Below are positions 9,331 through 18,569 of a DNA stretch of 64,000 nucleotides, piece after piece. The DNA lies in NCBI GenBank assembly GCA_037128295.1, contig JBAXWR010000004.1, forward strand, positions 8,423 to 72,422, read 5' to 3'. The stretch is from Mariniphaga sp. Its GTDB lineage: Bacteria > Bacteroidota > Bacteroidia > Bacteroidales > Prolixibacteraceae. How positions within the stretch are numbered: the first letter of the stretch is position 1; every line of letters begins with the position of its first letter. A program made the translations under genes and the position numbers. Under the pieces are notes generated by a model. That model worked only from the letters and a program-made list of their open reading frames with translations. It was not told the DNA's origin and searched no databases.

Positions 9331-9406
9331 TTTTATAGGCGATTCGCTACAGCAAAATGATACCAAATTGAAACAACTTGTTAATCAAACTGTAACACTC
9401 ATGGAT

Positions 9407-9529
9407 TATCTTTGCTTTTAAAATAATTACTCGTTTAGTTTTAGTCTGCTCTGTATTGTATGTAGTGTTTACGTTTACTAGTTAAAGGTTCGGAGAGTTC
9501 GGGACAGAGTATCGTCCCGAACTTTTTTT
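9407..9529 (+). ncRNA. Candidate ~105-nt small RNA (promoter box to intrinsic terminator), no ORF
   Basis: An exact TAnnTTTG box (TATCTTTG, 9407-9414) is preceded by TGTAAC (9391-9396). It is followed about 80 nt later by a 9-bp GC-rich hairpin (9497-9505 / 9514-9522) and a T7 run (9523-9529). Both flanking genes are on the minus strand. Confidence 0.3.
9497..9529. terminator. Hairpin GTTCGGGAC-N8-GTCCCGAAC plus T7 run, abutting the GH1 stop codon
   Basis: Perfect 9-bp stem seen in the sequence. The U-tract is on the plus strand only. It may also stop the convergent GH1 transcript. Confidence 0.6.
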
Positions 9530-10940
9530 ATTTCAGAAAATCCTTCCACCAAAATCCAGAATCTTTAACGATACGCTCCTGATTTTTAGGGTCATTGTAA
9601 ACAATTCCAAACCTTGGACGAAAACCTTCAGCCCACTCGAAATTGTCAATAAAAGTCCAGGCAAAGTACCCTTTTATGTTTGCCCCTTCATTTTTTGCCC
9701 TAAGAATCTGTTGAAGATAACGTTTATAAAAATTGATCCGTTGCACATCGTGAACTTTCCCATTAATCAATTGATCAGGAAAAGCTGCCCCATTTTCGGT
9801 AACAATAATCTCTTTGATCGGATATTTAGAAAACTGCTTAATAATGTGGTAGATACCTTCCGGGTAAACTTCCCAACCCATTTCAGTCATTTCGGTTTGT
9901 TCATCAGGATTTACCTTGTTCGCCCAAATAAAAGGTATTAACGAGGGTTTGCTGATTACCCTGAAATAGTTCTGGATTCCAATAAAATCAAAATCAAACT
10001 GAAGTTTTTCCCGATCTCCGGGTTTGACGTATTTTTCAATCTTTCTAAGAAAGTGGAGTTCTTCATGCGGATATCCCATGCCCAACGAAGGTTCAATAAA
10101 TAAGCGGTTGAGCATCACATCAAGCCTTCTGGACGCAAGCTGATGCCTTTGGTAGTTTTTGTAAGGTTCAGTATACGAACATGAAAAAGTCGTCCCTATA
10201 TGGCTATTTTCGGCATTTTTGCGAATAATCCTTCCACCTTCAGCCTGGCAAAGACAGGCGTGGTGGATAGATGCAAGAAACTTATTGATACTGCTTTGGT
10301 TAGGTGCATGCATGCCAGAAAGATAACCTAAGGTTGTAAAACCGGCGGGTTCGTTGAGGACCATCCAGTGCTTGACCCTATCGCCAAACTTCATCGCACA
10401 CAATTCAGTATATTCCGAAAACCACTCAACGATATCCCTATTCGTCCAACCTCCTCGATCATCAAGTTTCTGAGGCAGGTCCCAATGATAAAGGGTTGCC
10501 CAGGGTTCAATACCCTGCGTTAAACATTCGTCAATTAATCTGTTGTAAAAATCAACCCCTTTATCGTTTACTTTTCCGGTTCCATCGGGCAATAATCTTG
10601 GCCAGGAAAAAGAGAACCTGAAGTTTTTGAAGTTCAGGCTTTTTAGTAGTTTTAAATCACGGGAGTACCGGTTGTAAAAATCAATTGCATCGTTACCATT
10701 GGTCTTATCCTTTACATTGCGAGGTTTGTTGGTGAACCGATCCCATATTGATTCACCTTTCCCGTCCTTGTCCCACGCCCCTTCAATCTGATATGCAGCT
10801 GTGGCCACTCCCCATTTGAAATCATTGCCAAAATCTGATTTTGCAATCTCAGGACCACTAAAACCATTTGCAGAAATCGGATTTACACGCCACATTGCAG
10901 CCAGGGTGGCCATATATTTTAAAAATTCAAGACGAACCAT
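9528..10940 (-). CDS. Glycoside hydrolase family 1 beta-glucosidase, secreted
   Basis: 470 aa. GH1 signatures are present: WGVATAAYQIEG, TLYHWDLPQ, acid/base LNEP and nucleophile VTENG. There is an N-terminal signal-like segment. Confidence 0.9.
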   Translation of the reverse strand: MVRLEFLKYMATLAAMWRVNPISANGFSGPEIAKSDFGNDFKWGVATAAYQIEGAWDKDGKGESIWDRFTNKPRNVKDKTNGNDAIDFYNRYSRDLKLLKSLNFKNFRFSFSWPRLLPDGTGKVNDKGVDFYNRLIDECLTQGIEPWATLYHWDLPQKLDDRGGWTNRDIVEWFSEYTELCAMKFGDRVKHWMVLNEPAGFTTLGYLSGMHAPNQSSINKFLASIHHACLCQAEGGRIIRKNAENSHIGTTFSCSYTEPYKNYQRHQLASRRLDVMLNRLFIEPSLGMGYPHEELHFLRKIEKYVKPGDREKLQFDFDFIGIQNYFRVISKPSLIPFIWANKVNPDEQTEMTEMGWEVYPEGIYHIIKQFSKYPIKEIIVTENGAAFPDQLINGKVHDVQRINFYKRYLQQILRAKNEGANIKGYFAWTFIDNFEWAEGFRPRFGIVYNDPKNQERIVKDSGFWWKDFLK

Positions 10941-11035
10941 TCTCTTATTTTACCATAAATTTTAACGGCTATAAGTATTATTTTAGCCTAACTGGCTGCA
11001 AAGATAGTCAGATATAATCAAAACTTTTTGGCTTA

Positions 11036-11069
11036 ATAAGAGAAAGCCCCGTATTAGACCGGGGCTTTT
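11036..11069. terminator. Hairpin AAGCCCCG-N8-CGGGGCTT downstream of the phosphatase gene
   Basis: 8-bp stem at 11044-11051 / 11060-11067 with T-rich flanks on both strands. Confidence 0.55.
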
Positions 11070-11148
11070 ATTTGAGGCTGATTTGTCTTGGATGATCGTT
11101 ACTAGCGGATCATTTTAATTGATAAAGGCAAATTAAGAAGTTTTAAGA

Positions 11149-12093
11149 CTATTTTTTGATCACATATTTATAAACCGTTTCTCCTTTATGGTCAATGAAG
11201 AAAAAAGTGAAGTTCTGATGGGTAACTGTGCAAAGCGTAAATCCAGGGTTTGGGTTGCAAAAAAGTGTGCTATCAGTATTCTTTACAGGTCTTGATTGAG
11301 AAGCAGAGGAGTTTACAATGTAATTCACAGTCTTGCCCTCGGGTTTTATATGCTGAAAATTGTGGATGTGACCGCAGATATAAACATCCGCTTTCCGCTT
11401 TTCAAGAATGACTCCCACTCTTTTTTGCATATCGGTGCGCTCTGCCTCTGCCTTTTCGGTATCAGCATAAACAGGGTGATGTCCTATCACGATTTTCCAA
11501 CGATCTTTTGATACAACCAGAGTCGAATCTATCCATTTAAGTTGTTTCTCGAAATCCTGTTTACCTGCATCAGAGTAATCACTCTCTGTCCTGTATTTAT
11601 CGATAAGGGGAGCTGTATCAATAAAGATAAACAAACATTTATTTCCAGATCTGTCAATGGTTTTCTCAATTGAATAATAGCGTGCAGGCGCTTTCCACCG
11701 ATTGGATAGTTTTGAATAATCTAAAATAGCTTGTACACTTCCGTGATATTCATGATTACCTGAAACGACATACCAGGGGATATTCATCAAAGAAGATGCT
11801 GAATATATGTTTTCAAATTTATCCTTCCATTCGCTATCGACTGTGCTTCTGACCCCATCGTCATGTATTGGATCTCCTGCAACTGCGACAAAATTGATCA
11901 TGTTAAATTCTGCCTCTTTTCCCATTAGTGTTGCAATGTTCTTTTGCTCCGAAACTCCACGTCTGCCCATATCACTTGCAACCATAAAATTCAACGCTTT
12001 GTTTGGTAATTTTACGGGATTGACGAGTACCTGGGCATTTACCAAAGAGACCCACAAAAGCAACGTCAAAATATTACTTAATATTCGCTTCAT
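11149..12093 (-). CDS. Purple acid phosphatase-type (ACP5-like) metallophosphoesterase, secreted
   Basis: Motifs present: GDPIHDDG, GNHEYHG, GHHPVY and GHIHNFQH. The signal peptide starts at the ATG at 12093 (MKRILSNILTLLLWVSLVNAQ). Confidence 0.8.
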   Translation of the reverse strand: MKRILSNILTLLLWVSLVNAQVLVNPVKLPNKALNFMVASDMGRRGVSEQKNIATLMGKEAEFNMINFVAVAGDPIHDDGVRSTVDSEWKDKFENIYSASSLMNIPWYVVSGNHEYHGSVQAILDYSKLSNRWKAPARYYSIEKTIDRSGNKCLFIFIDTAPLIDKYRTESDYSDAGKQDFEKQLKWIDSTLVVSKDRWKIVIGHHPVYADTEKAEAERTDMQKRVGVILEKRKADVYICGHIHNFQHIKPEGKTVNYIVNSSASQSRPVKNTDSTLFCNPNPGFTLCTVTHQNFTFFFIDHKGETVYKYVIKK

Positions 12094-12111
12094 TGAAACA
12101 ATTTTAGAAAA

Positions 12112-12158
12112 CTGTAAATTTATATAAACTCTGCACAACCTCAGTTATGCAGAGTTTA
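12112..12158 (-). terminator. Hairpin AAACTCTGCA-N12-TGCAGAGTTT after the beta-helix lipoprotein gene
   Basis: 10-bp perfect stem (12126-12135 / 12148-12157) followed by an A/T-rich tract on the minus strand. Confidence 0.45.
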
Positions 12159-12176
12159 TGGCGTAAAATTATCTTA

Positions 12177-13808
12177 TTAGTTCGTTCCAAAAGCACCGAA
12201 ACGTGCGGCAGGAACGGGCGTTTTGTACTCAGCACCATTAACAGTTAAGCCCGTTGTTCCATAATAAGGGGCATAAGCGCCTGTAAAGCCTGTGTAGGCT
12301 CCTGTTAATACGGGCGAAGATGCCTGAACATGAAAATTCCAGGTATTGTCATAGGTGAAACTACTCAAATCAACAGAAATGAAGCCATAGTTTACAAACT
12401 TTGGGTCTTTGGCAACATCGCCGGCTGATGCGCTTACAAGACTGTGAAAATCTACTTTTGGCGTTGAAAGACGACCATCATGCCAGTAAGCGGATTGAGT
12501 CGATACATAGCCCATGTAAGAAGTCAATGTTAATGGATTATCCTGTGCCAATGTGCTAAGCTGCGAGCCTGATGCATAGAAATTGTAGTCAATTACCGAG
12601 TTATTATCAGCACCACCTGTTGGACTTGGTTTATCAAATGAGGGTGTCATTGCCATGAATTTACAGTTAACCATCAGGTTATTGAAAACACTTACCAAAG
12701 CACCCTTTTCGATGTAGGCAGAACCGCCCTTAACCCCATTGCGTCTCCAACCAGAATTGATAATGGTATTATTAAATGCCCTAATCAGTGCTTGTCCTCT
12801 TCCTGCTGCGTCATCCTGACCTGAAGATGAGAGTTTTAATCCGTTTGTGTTGGGCGAGAAGATCAGGTTATAGGCGGCATCCACCTTGGAACCAGCTTTC
12901 AAATTGATCGCCTCACCTCCTGTTTGACCTATGGCTATAAATGTATTGTTGGCAATAATACCCTGACCACCCATAAAATAGAGTGCGTCTGACCGGCCAT
13001 TACGAAAAGTGCAATTAGTAATTACATATTTGCCCAATGGATTGCTGGATGTGATGTCCGGGGTGATGTCGCCACCAGCAGTGTAAATTCCTGCCACTGC
13101 AGTTGGAGAATCCGCAACAACATCGCCACCAGTATATTCCATAACAACGTGATCGAACAACATTTCAGAACAGTCTTTAGTTCCTACAATACCTCCCCAA
13201 AGTCCACCAAATGTGTTTGCTGCAATACGTTTGCTCGTAGCAACAGAAAACAGGATCGGATTAGCGGTGGTTCCTTTACAATACAATTTCCCAGCAACCA
13301 AAAATTCTATTCTTGTATGGCTTGCACCAACTCCATTGTCATCAAATATCACCTGAACACCCTCTTCAATTGTCAGCGTTTGTCCTATCGGAACAGTGAC
13401 GTGTCCCGATACATTTACAGTGGCATTTTTCTCCCATACACCTGAAACATTTCCGGAAATGTTATTTAAGGTAGCCCAAGATACAGTAACATCGCATGTT
13501 GCTTTTAGCGAAGTGATCAAAGTACAAGTAACGCTGATTGTTGTACTACCAACACTTAAAGCAGTAATTTTACCGGTATTGTCAACAGTCGCAACAGCAG
13601 GATTTGAAGAAGACCAGATCACCTCCTTATTGGTGGCATCTGCCGGGAAAAACGTAGCCGTTAGAATTTCTGTCACTTCGGGTTTCAGTGTAGTCGAAGT
13701 CTTTGATAAGGTGATCCCGGCCAGATCAATTGTTGTGTCTTTTTTACAACTTGACACGAAAGTTGCCAATAAAAGCACGAAGGAGATTAAAAATAAATTC
13801 TGTTTCAT
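12177..13808 (-). CDS. Surface lipoprotein with Big_2 Ig-like domain and right-handed parallel beta-helix domain
   Basis: Lipobox (FVSSC). A Big_2-like segment (EVIWSSSNPAVATVDNTGKITALSVGSTTISV). Repetitive G/N-rich beta-helix turns (NNTFIAIG, NNTIINSG, FNNLMVNC). Confidence 0.6.
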   Translation of the reverse strand: MKQNLFLISFVLLLATFVSSCKKDTTIDLAGITLSKTSTTLKPEVTEILTATFFPADATNKEVIWSSSNPAVATVDNTGKITALSVGSTTISVTCTLITSLKATCDVTVSWATLNNISGNVSGVWEKNATVNVSGHVTVPIGQTLTIEEGVQVIFDDNGVGASHTRIEFLVAGKLYCKGTTANPILFSVATSKRIAANTFGGLWGGIVGTKDCSEMLFDHVVMEYTGGDVVADSPTAVAGIYTAGGDITPDITSSNPLGKYVITNCTFRNGRSDALYFMGGQGIIANNTFIAIGQTGGEAINLKAGSKVDAAYNLIFSPNTNGLKLSSSGQDDAAGRGQALIRAFNNTIINSGWRRNGVKGGSAYIEKGALVSVFNNLMVNCKFMAMTPSFDKPSPTGGADNNSVIDYNFYASGSQLSTLAQDNPLTLTSYMGYVSTQSAYWHDGRLSTPKVDFHSLVSASAGDVAKDPKFVNYGFISVDLSSFTYDNTWNFHVQASSPVLTGAYTGFTGAYAPYYGTTGLTVNGAEYKTPVPAARFGAFGTN

Positions 13809-13830
13809 TTTGATTTTTGTTTTTAAAAGA

Positions 13831-16551
13831 TTATTGAAATTTGTATCTGATTCCTATCATTATATTTTGTCCGTAAAATTCTTTTCGTTCCACAACACCG
13901 TTGTGATATCTTTCCACATTGACATATGCCTTGTTTACATCATTTTGTTTGACATATTGCATCATTGGTGAATTAAGCAGGTTCGATGCCTTTGCAAAAA
14001 GGGTCAATCCCGATTTAAGTCTTTTTTCGATGGATGCATCCACCTGTGTATATCCAGCTTGCCAACTATCCTGGTCTAAATACCGTGAAACAATGCAAAG
14101 CCTGTCGCCGGTATAGGAAAAAGATAACTGACCGTCCCAGCCGCGGCGATTATCTTTAAAAAGTATTGAAAAATTAGCCACATGTGCTGCCTGCCCGAAA
14201 AGAGGTCTGGTTTGGTTGACATATTCAGTAAGGATTTTTGTTTCTGCATTTGGATCAGGATTGGGTATTACGTGCATTTTTATGGTGGTAATATTGGAGT
14301 TGGTGAAGGTGTAATTCGCCTTCACGCCTAACCATCTGAAATATTTAATAAAGTCTATTTCGGCTCCATAATTGTTTGCATTGCCAAAATTCATTGGCAT
14401 ATAATAAACATCCTGACCAAATCCGTTCATCATCCCAAATTCGATGGGATTTCTAACACTCTTATAGAAGAGGCCAACCATAAACTGTTCTGTCGGATGG
14501 GGAAAGTACTCGTAACGAAGATCGAAGTTACCGGCTGTGGTATGCTTCAGGTCAGGATTTCCACGTTCCTTGTACTCTTCATAAATCCTGCTGTATGGAA
14601 CAATCTCAAAAAAACTGGGTCGGTTGATTGCTTTTGCATAGGACAGGCGTAAATTGGCATCTTTGTGTACGACATACTTAAGATTAAAACTTGGCAGCAC
14701 ATCTACATATTCCTGATTACCTTCATTTCTGGCACCTTCAGTGGTAAATTTCAGGTTATATCCCTGGTTTGTATATTCTGTCCTTAAACCGGCAATAGCC
14801 TGGAGTTTATTTTGAGTTAGCTTACCCATTAAATAACCTGCTCCAATCTTCTCAGTTGCATCATAATTAAGCGGATCGCTGAGGTTCCCAAAACTATTGA
14901 CAGAAAATTTGATTTCGTTGAAATTATTGTAATCTACCCCTTTGGTAATTTCCTGAGGATTTTGCTTTGATTCATCATAAGGCTTGAAATGATATTCATT
15001 GAAATAGCTTGAACGAACCTTGTCCCTGTACATTCCCCCGGCGCTAAGATCAAGCAATGATCCATTTCCCAATTTAACACTTTGAATAATATTGGTATAT
15101 CCCGCCAGATCTTTGTCAGAATTGTGTTCCCAACTACGGTCAGCTCCATCATTTTGGTCAATGCTGGTTTTTCCGTTGATGATCAGCGCATTTATCTGGA
15201 CATTATCCGGGGTCTCATTCAGTGCATTACCATATGACAATGACCAGTCAAGATTTAATTTGTTCTCATTGAAACTGTGAAGGCCTTTGAGTGTAGAGTT
15301 CATGATCGTTTGTTTGTTCCACCTCAGACGTGTTGTTTCTGAACTGAAAGAGATTGCATCCCTAACCTGTGCATTTTTGAAATTCATGTAGGCATTGTAC
15401 CACATCAGTTTGTGATTTGGTGACAACTGAAAATCGAATTTAGCGTGGAGGCCCAAGCGAGTCTGTTGGTTGGAAAAAAAACGGTGTGTAATATTCTGAT
15501 TCCCGTCAGGATTAGCGGATGAACTGTAATTATCACTTGAATTGCCCCTTAGATTATTCTGATAACTCCCTGCCAGCATGATTCCAAGTCTTTCTTTGAA
15601 AATACGATCACCAAATGAGAACCCGGCAGTCAGATTCGGAGTAGCCTTTCCTGCATCCATACGAAGGTTTTTCGTTGTGAAATCTTTCATCTGAACAGGA
15701 TAGGCCAGGCCATATTTTTCATTGGGCGATTTGGGGTTAATGGCAGAAGCATCAAAATACTGATAATCGTTGTTAAAATAAAGCGCGTTGTACCCGGTGC
15801 CCAGATTGGCTGTAACCTGCCTTTTGGCGGGCGCGTCCTTCATGACCATATTGACCGCGCCACCGATTCCGTCGCCTTCCATATTGGCATTCAGTGATTT
15901 GGAAACTTCGAGTCGGTCAAGCAATTCAGAAGGGAAGATGTCAAGTGGGACGAAACGGTTCTTGTTGTCCGGACTTGGAATCTTCATTCCGTTCACCATG
16001 GTGTAGTTGAAACGCTTGTCCATTCCCCGGATAATAGCATATTGACCATCGCCGCTGCTGTTCCGTTCGAGTGCAACCCCTGAAACCCTTTGTACCACAT
16101 TGGCAACCGTTAAATCGGGAGACAGTTCAATGGTTCTGGCACTCACGACATTGATAACCTGATCAGAAAGCCTTTCAGAATTTCTGGCGGCAACCTCTGT
16201 GTTCTTATTCAATTTAGAAACAACATTCACTTCATTCAGTTCAGAACTCTTCTCTGCAAGGGAGAAATCTACAACCAAAACATTATTTCCTTTTGCTGAA
16301 ATCTTCTTTTCGAGCGTCTGGTAACTTAAAAAACTGCAAACTAAGTTGTAATTTCCTTCCGGCACATTTTTAAATGTAAAGGAGCCGTCCAAACCCGAGA
16401 CTGTACCAATTTTAAGTTCTTTGATCAATATCGTGGACCCAACCAGCACTTCGCCGGAGTTCCGGTCGGTTACCATGCCTCTGATTACTGAAGATTGAAC
16501 TGTATGTGAAATAAAAGTTAAAACAAAAAAACAAATAAGAAACCTATTCAT
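13831..16551 (-). CDS. TonB-dependent outer membrane receptor with carboxypeptidase-regulatory-like N-domain (no SusD partner)
   Basis: 906 aa. It has a signal peptide, a CarbopepD_reg-like segment (IRGMVTDRNSGEVLVGSTILIKE), a plug, and a C-terminal barrel ending IGIRYKFQ. Confidence 0.85.
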   Translation of the reverse strand: MNRFLICFFVLTFISHTVQSSVIRGMVTDRNSGEVLVGSTILIKELKIGTVSGLDGSFTFKNVPEGNYNLVCSFLSYQTLEKKISAKGNNVLVVDFSLAEKSSELNEVNVVSKLNKNTEVAARNSERLSDQVINVVSARTIELSPDLTVANVVQRVSGVALERNSSGDGQYAIIRGMDKRFNYTMVNGMKIPSPDNKNRFVPLDIFPSELLDRLEVSKSLNANMEGDGIGGAVNMVMKDAPAKRQVTANLGTGYNALYFNNDYQYFDASAINPKSPNEKYGLAYPVQMKDFTTKNLRMDAGKATPNLTAGFSFGDRIFKERLGIMLAGSYQNNLRGNSSDNYSSSANPDGNQNITHRFFSNQQTRLGLHAKFDFQLSPNHKLMWYNAYMNFKNAQVRDAISFSSETTRLRWNKQTIMNSTLKGLHSFNENKLNLDWSLSYGNALNETPDNVQINALIINGKTSIDQNDGADRSWEHNSDKDLAGYTNIIQSVKLGNGSLLDLSAGGMYRDKVRSSYFNEYHFKPYDESKQNPQEITKGVDYNNFNEIKFSVNSFGNLSDPLNYDATEKIGAGYLMGKLTQNKLQAIAGLRTEYTNQGYNLKFTTEGARNEGNQEYVDVLPSFNLKYVVHKDANLRLSYAKAINRPSFFEIVPYSRIYEEYKERGNPDLKHTTAGNFDLRYEYFPHPTEQFMVGLFYKSVRNPIEFGMMNGFGQDVYYMPMNFGNANNYGAEIDFIKYFRWLGVKANYTFTNSNITTIKMHVIPNPDPNAETKILTEYVNQTRPLFGQAAHVANFSILFKDNRRGWDGQLSFSYTGDRLCIVSRYLDQDSWQAGYTQVDASIEKRLKSGLTLFAKASNLLNSPMMQYVKQNDVNKAYVNVERYHNGVVERKEFYGQNIMIGIRYKFQ

Positions 16552-16599
16552 ATGTTAAATGTGAATTTGATTATTAATAAATGATCCATAATTATATGG

Positions 16600-17616
16600 T
16601 CATGGCTCTGGTACTATATCGAGGACTGTGAAAGTTCCTTTAAGCACTTTGGGTTTTTCTAACCCTGGAATCGTTTCAAAATCGGCCACAGAAAGAAAGA
16701 TGTGGTGTGTTTTTCTGTTGACAGCAATTGTCTTAGCTCCTTTTTGCGTTGGAATGTTCTCCAAAATAGCATAAGAATTCTTGTTAACCTCCTTTACAAC
16801 AGTTACTGTGCCAGCGCCATTAGAGCTGTATGCACATTTCAGGGTTGGATCGAATGCCGCACCATCTGTCTTTTCCCCGGTAGGCAATGTCGTAATTACT
16901 TTTCCTGTTTCTGCATCGACAACGACCATTAGTTTATTGGCACAAACACTGAACAAACGGTGATTTTCGTTATCCAGGGCAAGGCCTGTTGGCTCCTCTC
17001 CCGGCGCAAGGGGCCACACATTTTCAACCTTGAGTGTAATGGAATTGATTACCACGATACTGCTCTTGTTTTCAAGATTGGCGTAAATTCTCCCTTTCCC
17101 GTCAGTTGCCGAGAATTCAGGATTTCCTGTTAGGGCAATGGTAGCAACGATGGCATTGGTTTCTGCATTCAATACGGTAACGTTATCTGAATGACCGTTG
17201 AAAACAAATACCTTTTGGCTGAATGCATCAAAAAGAATTGCGTCTGGACTTTTTCCAGTAACTTCAAGTTTCTGAATAATTTTATAGGTGTTGGTATCAA
17301 AAACGGTAACAGAATTGTCGTTCTTGGTGCTGATAAATCCTTTGTTTAAAGCCGGAGCAATGGCAATGCCATGGACACCGTTCAGCCCTTCAATCTTTCC
17401 AACAAGTTTTCCCTTTACCTCGTCAACAACCTGTACCATGTTTCCATGAGATACGTAAAGACGGCCTGCCGCATCGTCCGAGAAAAGATAATCCCATTTT
17501 TCATCTCCCTGGAGGTGGATCTTGTTGACAATCTTGTACTCGGCCTTTGGCGCATTGCCGGCGAATGTTGAACCTTTAAGCAAAATGACTATGATGAATA
17601 TTGACAGATTTTTCAT
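16600..17616 (-). CDS. YncE-like (YVTN-repeat) beta-propeller protein, secreted
   Basis: 338 aa with a signal peptide and repeated ~40-aa blades (NSVTVFDTNTYKII, DNVTVLNAETNAIV, NKLMVVVDAETGKVI). Confidence 0.7.
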   Translation of the reverse strand: MKNLSIFIIVILLKGSTFAGNAPKAEYKIVNKIHLQGDEKWDYLFSDDAAGRLYVSHGNMVQVVDEVKGKLVGKIEGLNGVHGIAIAPALNKGFISTKNDNSVTVFDTNTYKIIQKLEVTGKSPDAILFDAFSQKVFVFNGHSDNVTVLNAETNAIVATIALTGNPEFSATDGKGRIYANLENKSSIVVINSITLKVENVWPLAPGEEPTGLALDNENHRLFSVCANKLMVVVDAETGKVITTLPTGEKTDGAAFDPTLKCAYSSNGAGTVTVVKEVNKNSYAILENIPTQKGAKTIAVNRKTHHIFLSVADFETIPGLEKPKVLKGTFTVLDIVPEP

Positions 17617-17797
17617 CTTCTTTTTATTTTTTGAGTTAATGAAGAAATGCTTTTAAAATGTTGCACAATGTTAAGCGGCTTTAAAAAAGCTCGCAATGGT
17701 TATTATGCAGTGATAGGCATAGCTATTTTCACTATACCCGGATTAAATAATGTAAGTTGTTGTCTATTAGTTGATTTGTTATTCTATTTTTCAGGGT

Positions 17798-17835
17798 GTA
17801 ACAGAAATGTCACATTTATTTGTTCTTTATGTAAC
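17798..17835 (+). promoter_or_regulatory. GTAAC / GTCAC / GTAAC direct repeats at 17798, 17809 and 17831 (spacing 11 and 22 bp)
   Basis: Positions counted directly. They lie 67-104 bp upstream of the response-regulator ATG (17902) and upstream of an exact -7 box. Confidence 0.45.
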
Positions 17836-17868
17836 GGAGTCTTTCCTACAAAATCGGATGAATTGAAA

Positions 17869-17876
17869 TACTTTTG
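17869..17876 (+). promoter_or_regulatory. Bacteroidota -7 promoter box TACTTTTG (TAnnTTTG)
   Basis: Exact consensus match 26 nt upstream of the ATG at 17902. Confidence 0.5.
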
Positions 17877-17901
17877 AGCATTAATTTACCAAGTCTTGGG
17901 A

Positions 17902-18549
17902 ATGCCATTAAAGCGTATAATAATAGCTGACGACCATGCGGTTGTGAGAACAGGACTGCAGATGATACTTGATGCCACTTGTGATATGACGATCTGTGAC
18001 GAGGCATCAAATGGAAATGAATTATTGGAAAAACTCAGGATAAATCAATACGATTTGGTCCTTCTGGATATCTCAATGCCAGGCAAGGATGCCTTGGATG
18101 TCCTCAAAGAGATCCGTGTAAAATGGGATCAAACACCTGTTGTCATTTTCTCGATGAATCCTGACGAAGTGTATGCAATCAGGATGATTAGAAATGGCGC
18201 ATCGGCTTACATCAACAAAGAGACTGATCCAAAACAAATCATTGCGATATTGCGAACTGTGCTTAGTGGCAAAAAATACTTTACCCAACAGCAAAGCAAC
18301 ATGTTCGCAGAATTGGTCATTGAACCAGAAAAGAATTACAATGCCCTTCTGCATGAAACAATGACTGATCGCGAATTTCAAATATTTTCAATGCTCGCAT
18401 CGGGAATGAAAAAATCGGAGATAGCCGGAAAACTTGCCATTAGTAAACATACAATTGGGAACCACAGAAGCAATATCATGCAGAAAATGAAACTTAAGAC
18501 AAATTCCGATTTAACGTTGTATGCTATTCACAATGGGATCATCAAATAA
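17902..18549 (+). CDS. NarL/FixJ (LuxR)-family two-component response regulator
   Basis: Receiver domain (IIADDH..., DLVLLDISMPGKDA, K in the PVVIFS region) plus a C-terminal LuxR HTH (TDREFQIFSMLASGMKKSEIAGKLAISKHTIGNHRSNIMQKM). The ATG at 17902 is preferred over the TTG at 17896. Confidence 0.9.
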   Translation: MPLKRIIIADDHAVVRTGLQMILDATCDMTICDEASNGNELLEKLRINQYDLVLLDISMPGKDALDVLKEIRVKWDQTPVVIFSMNPDEVYAIRMIRNGASAYINKETDPKQIIAILRTVLSGKKYFTQQQSNMFAELVIEPEKNYNALLHETMTDREFQIFSMLASGMKKSEIAGKLAISKHTIGNHRSNIMQKMKLKTNSDLTLYAIHNGIIK

Positions 18550-18569
18550 TTGATAATGTATTTCAGAGC

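Noticed and set aside
10869-10940. Twin-arginine signal on the GH1 beta-glucosidase (VRLEFLKY resembles RREFLK)
   Set aside because: Only one arginine is present, and an in-frame stop lies 3 codons upstream, so there is no longer N-terminus. I treat it as a generic signal-like segment.
13396-13971. 191-aa plus-strand ORF spanning the junction of the beta-helix lipoprotein and TonB receptor genes
   Set aside because: It is antisense to two well-supported minus-strand genes and has no recognisable domain. This is a typical shadow ORF.
17617-17895. Possible cobalamin or other riboswitch upstream of the TonB-receptor operon, and the 76-aa ORF 17647..17877
   Set aside because: The spacer is AT-rich and I could find no B12-box-like GCCACTG core or other conserved riboswitch core. 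The ORF overlaps the promoter box and repeat array and has odd composition.
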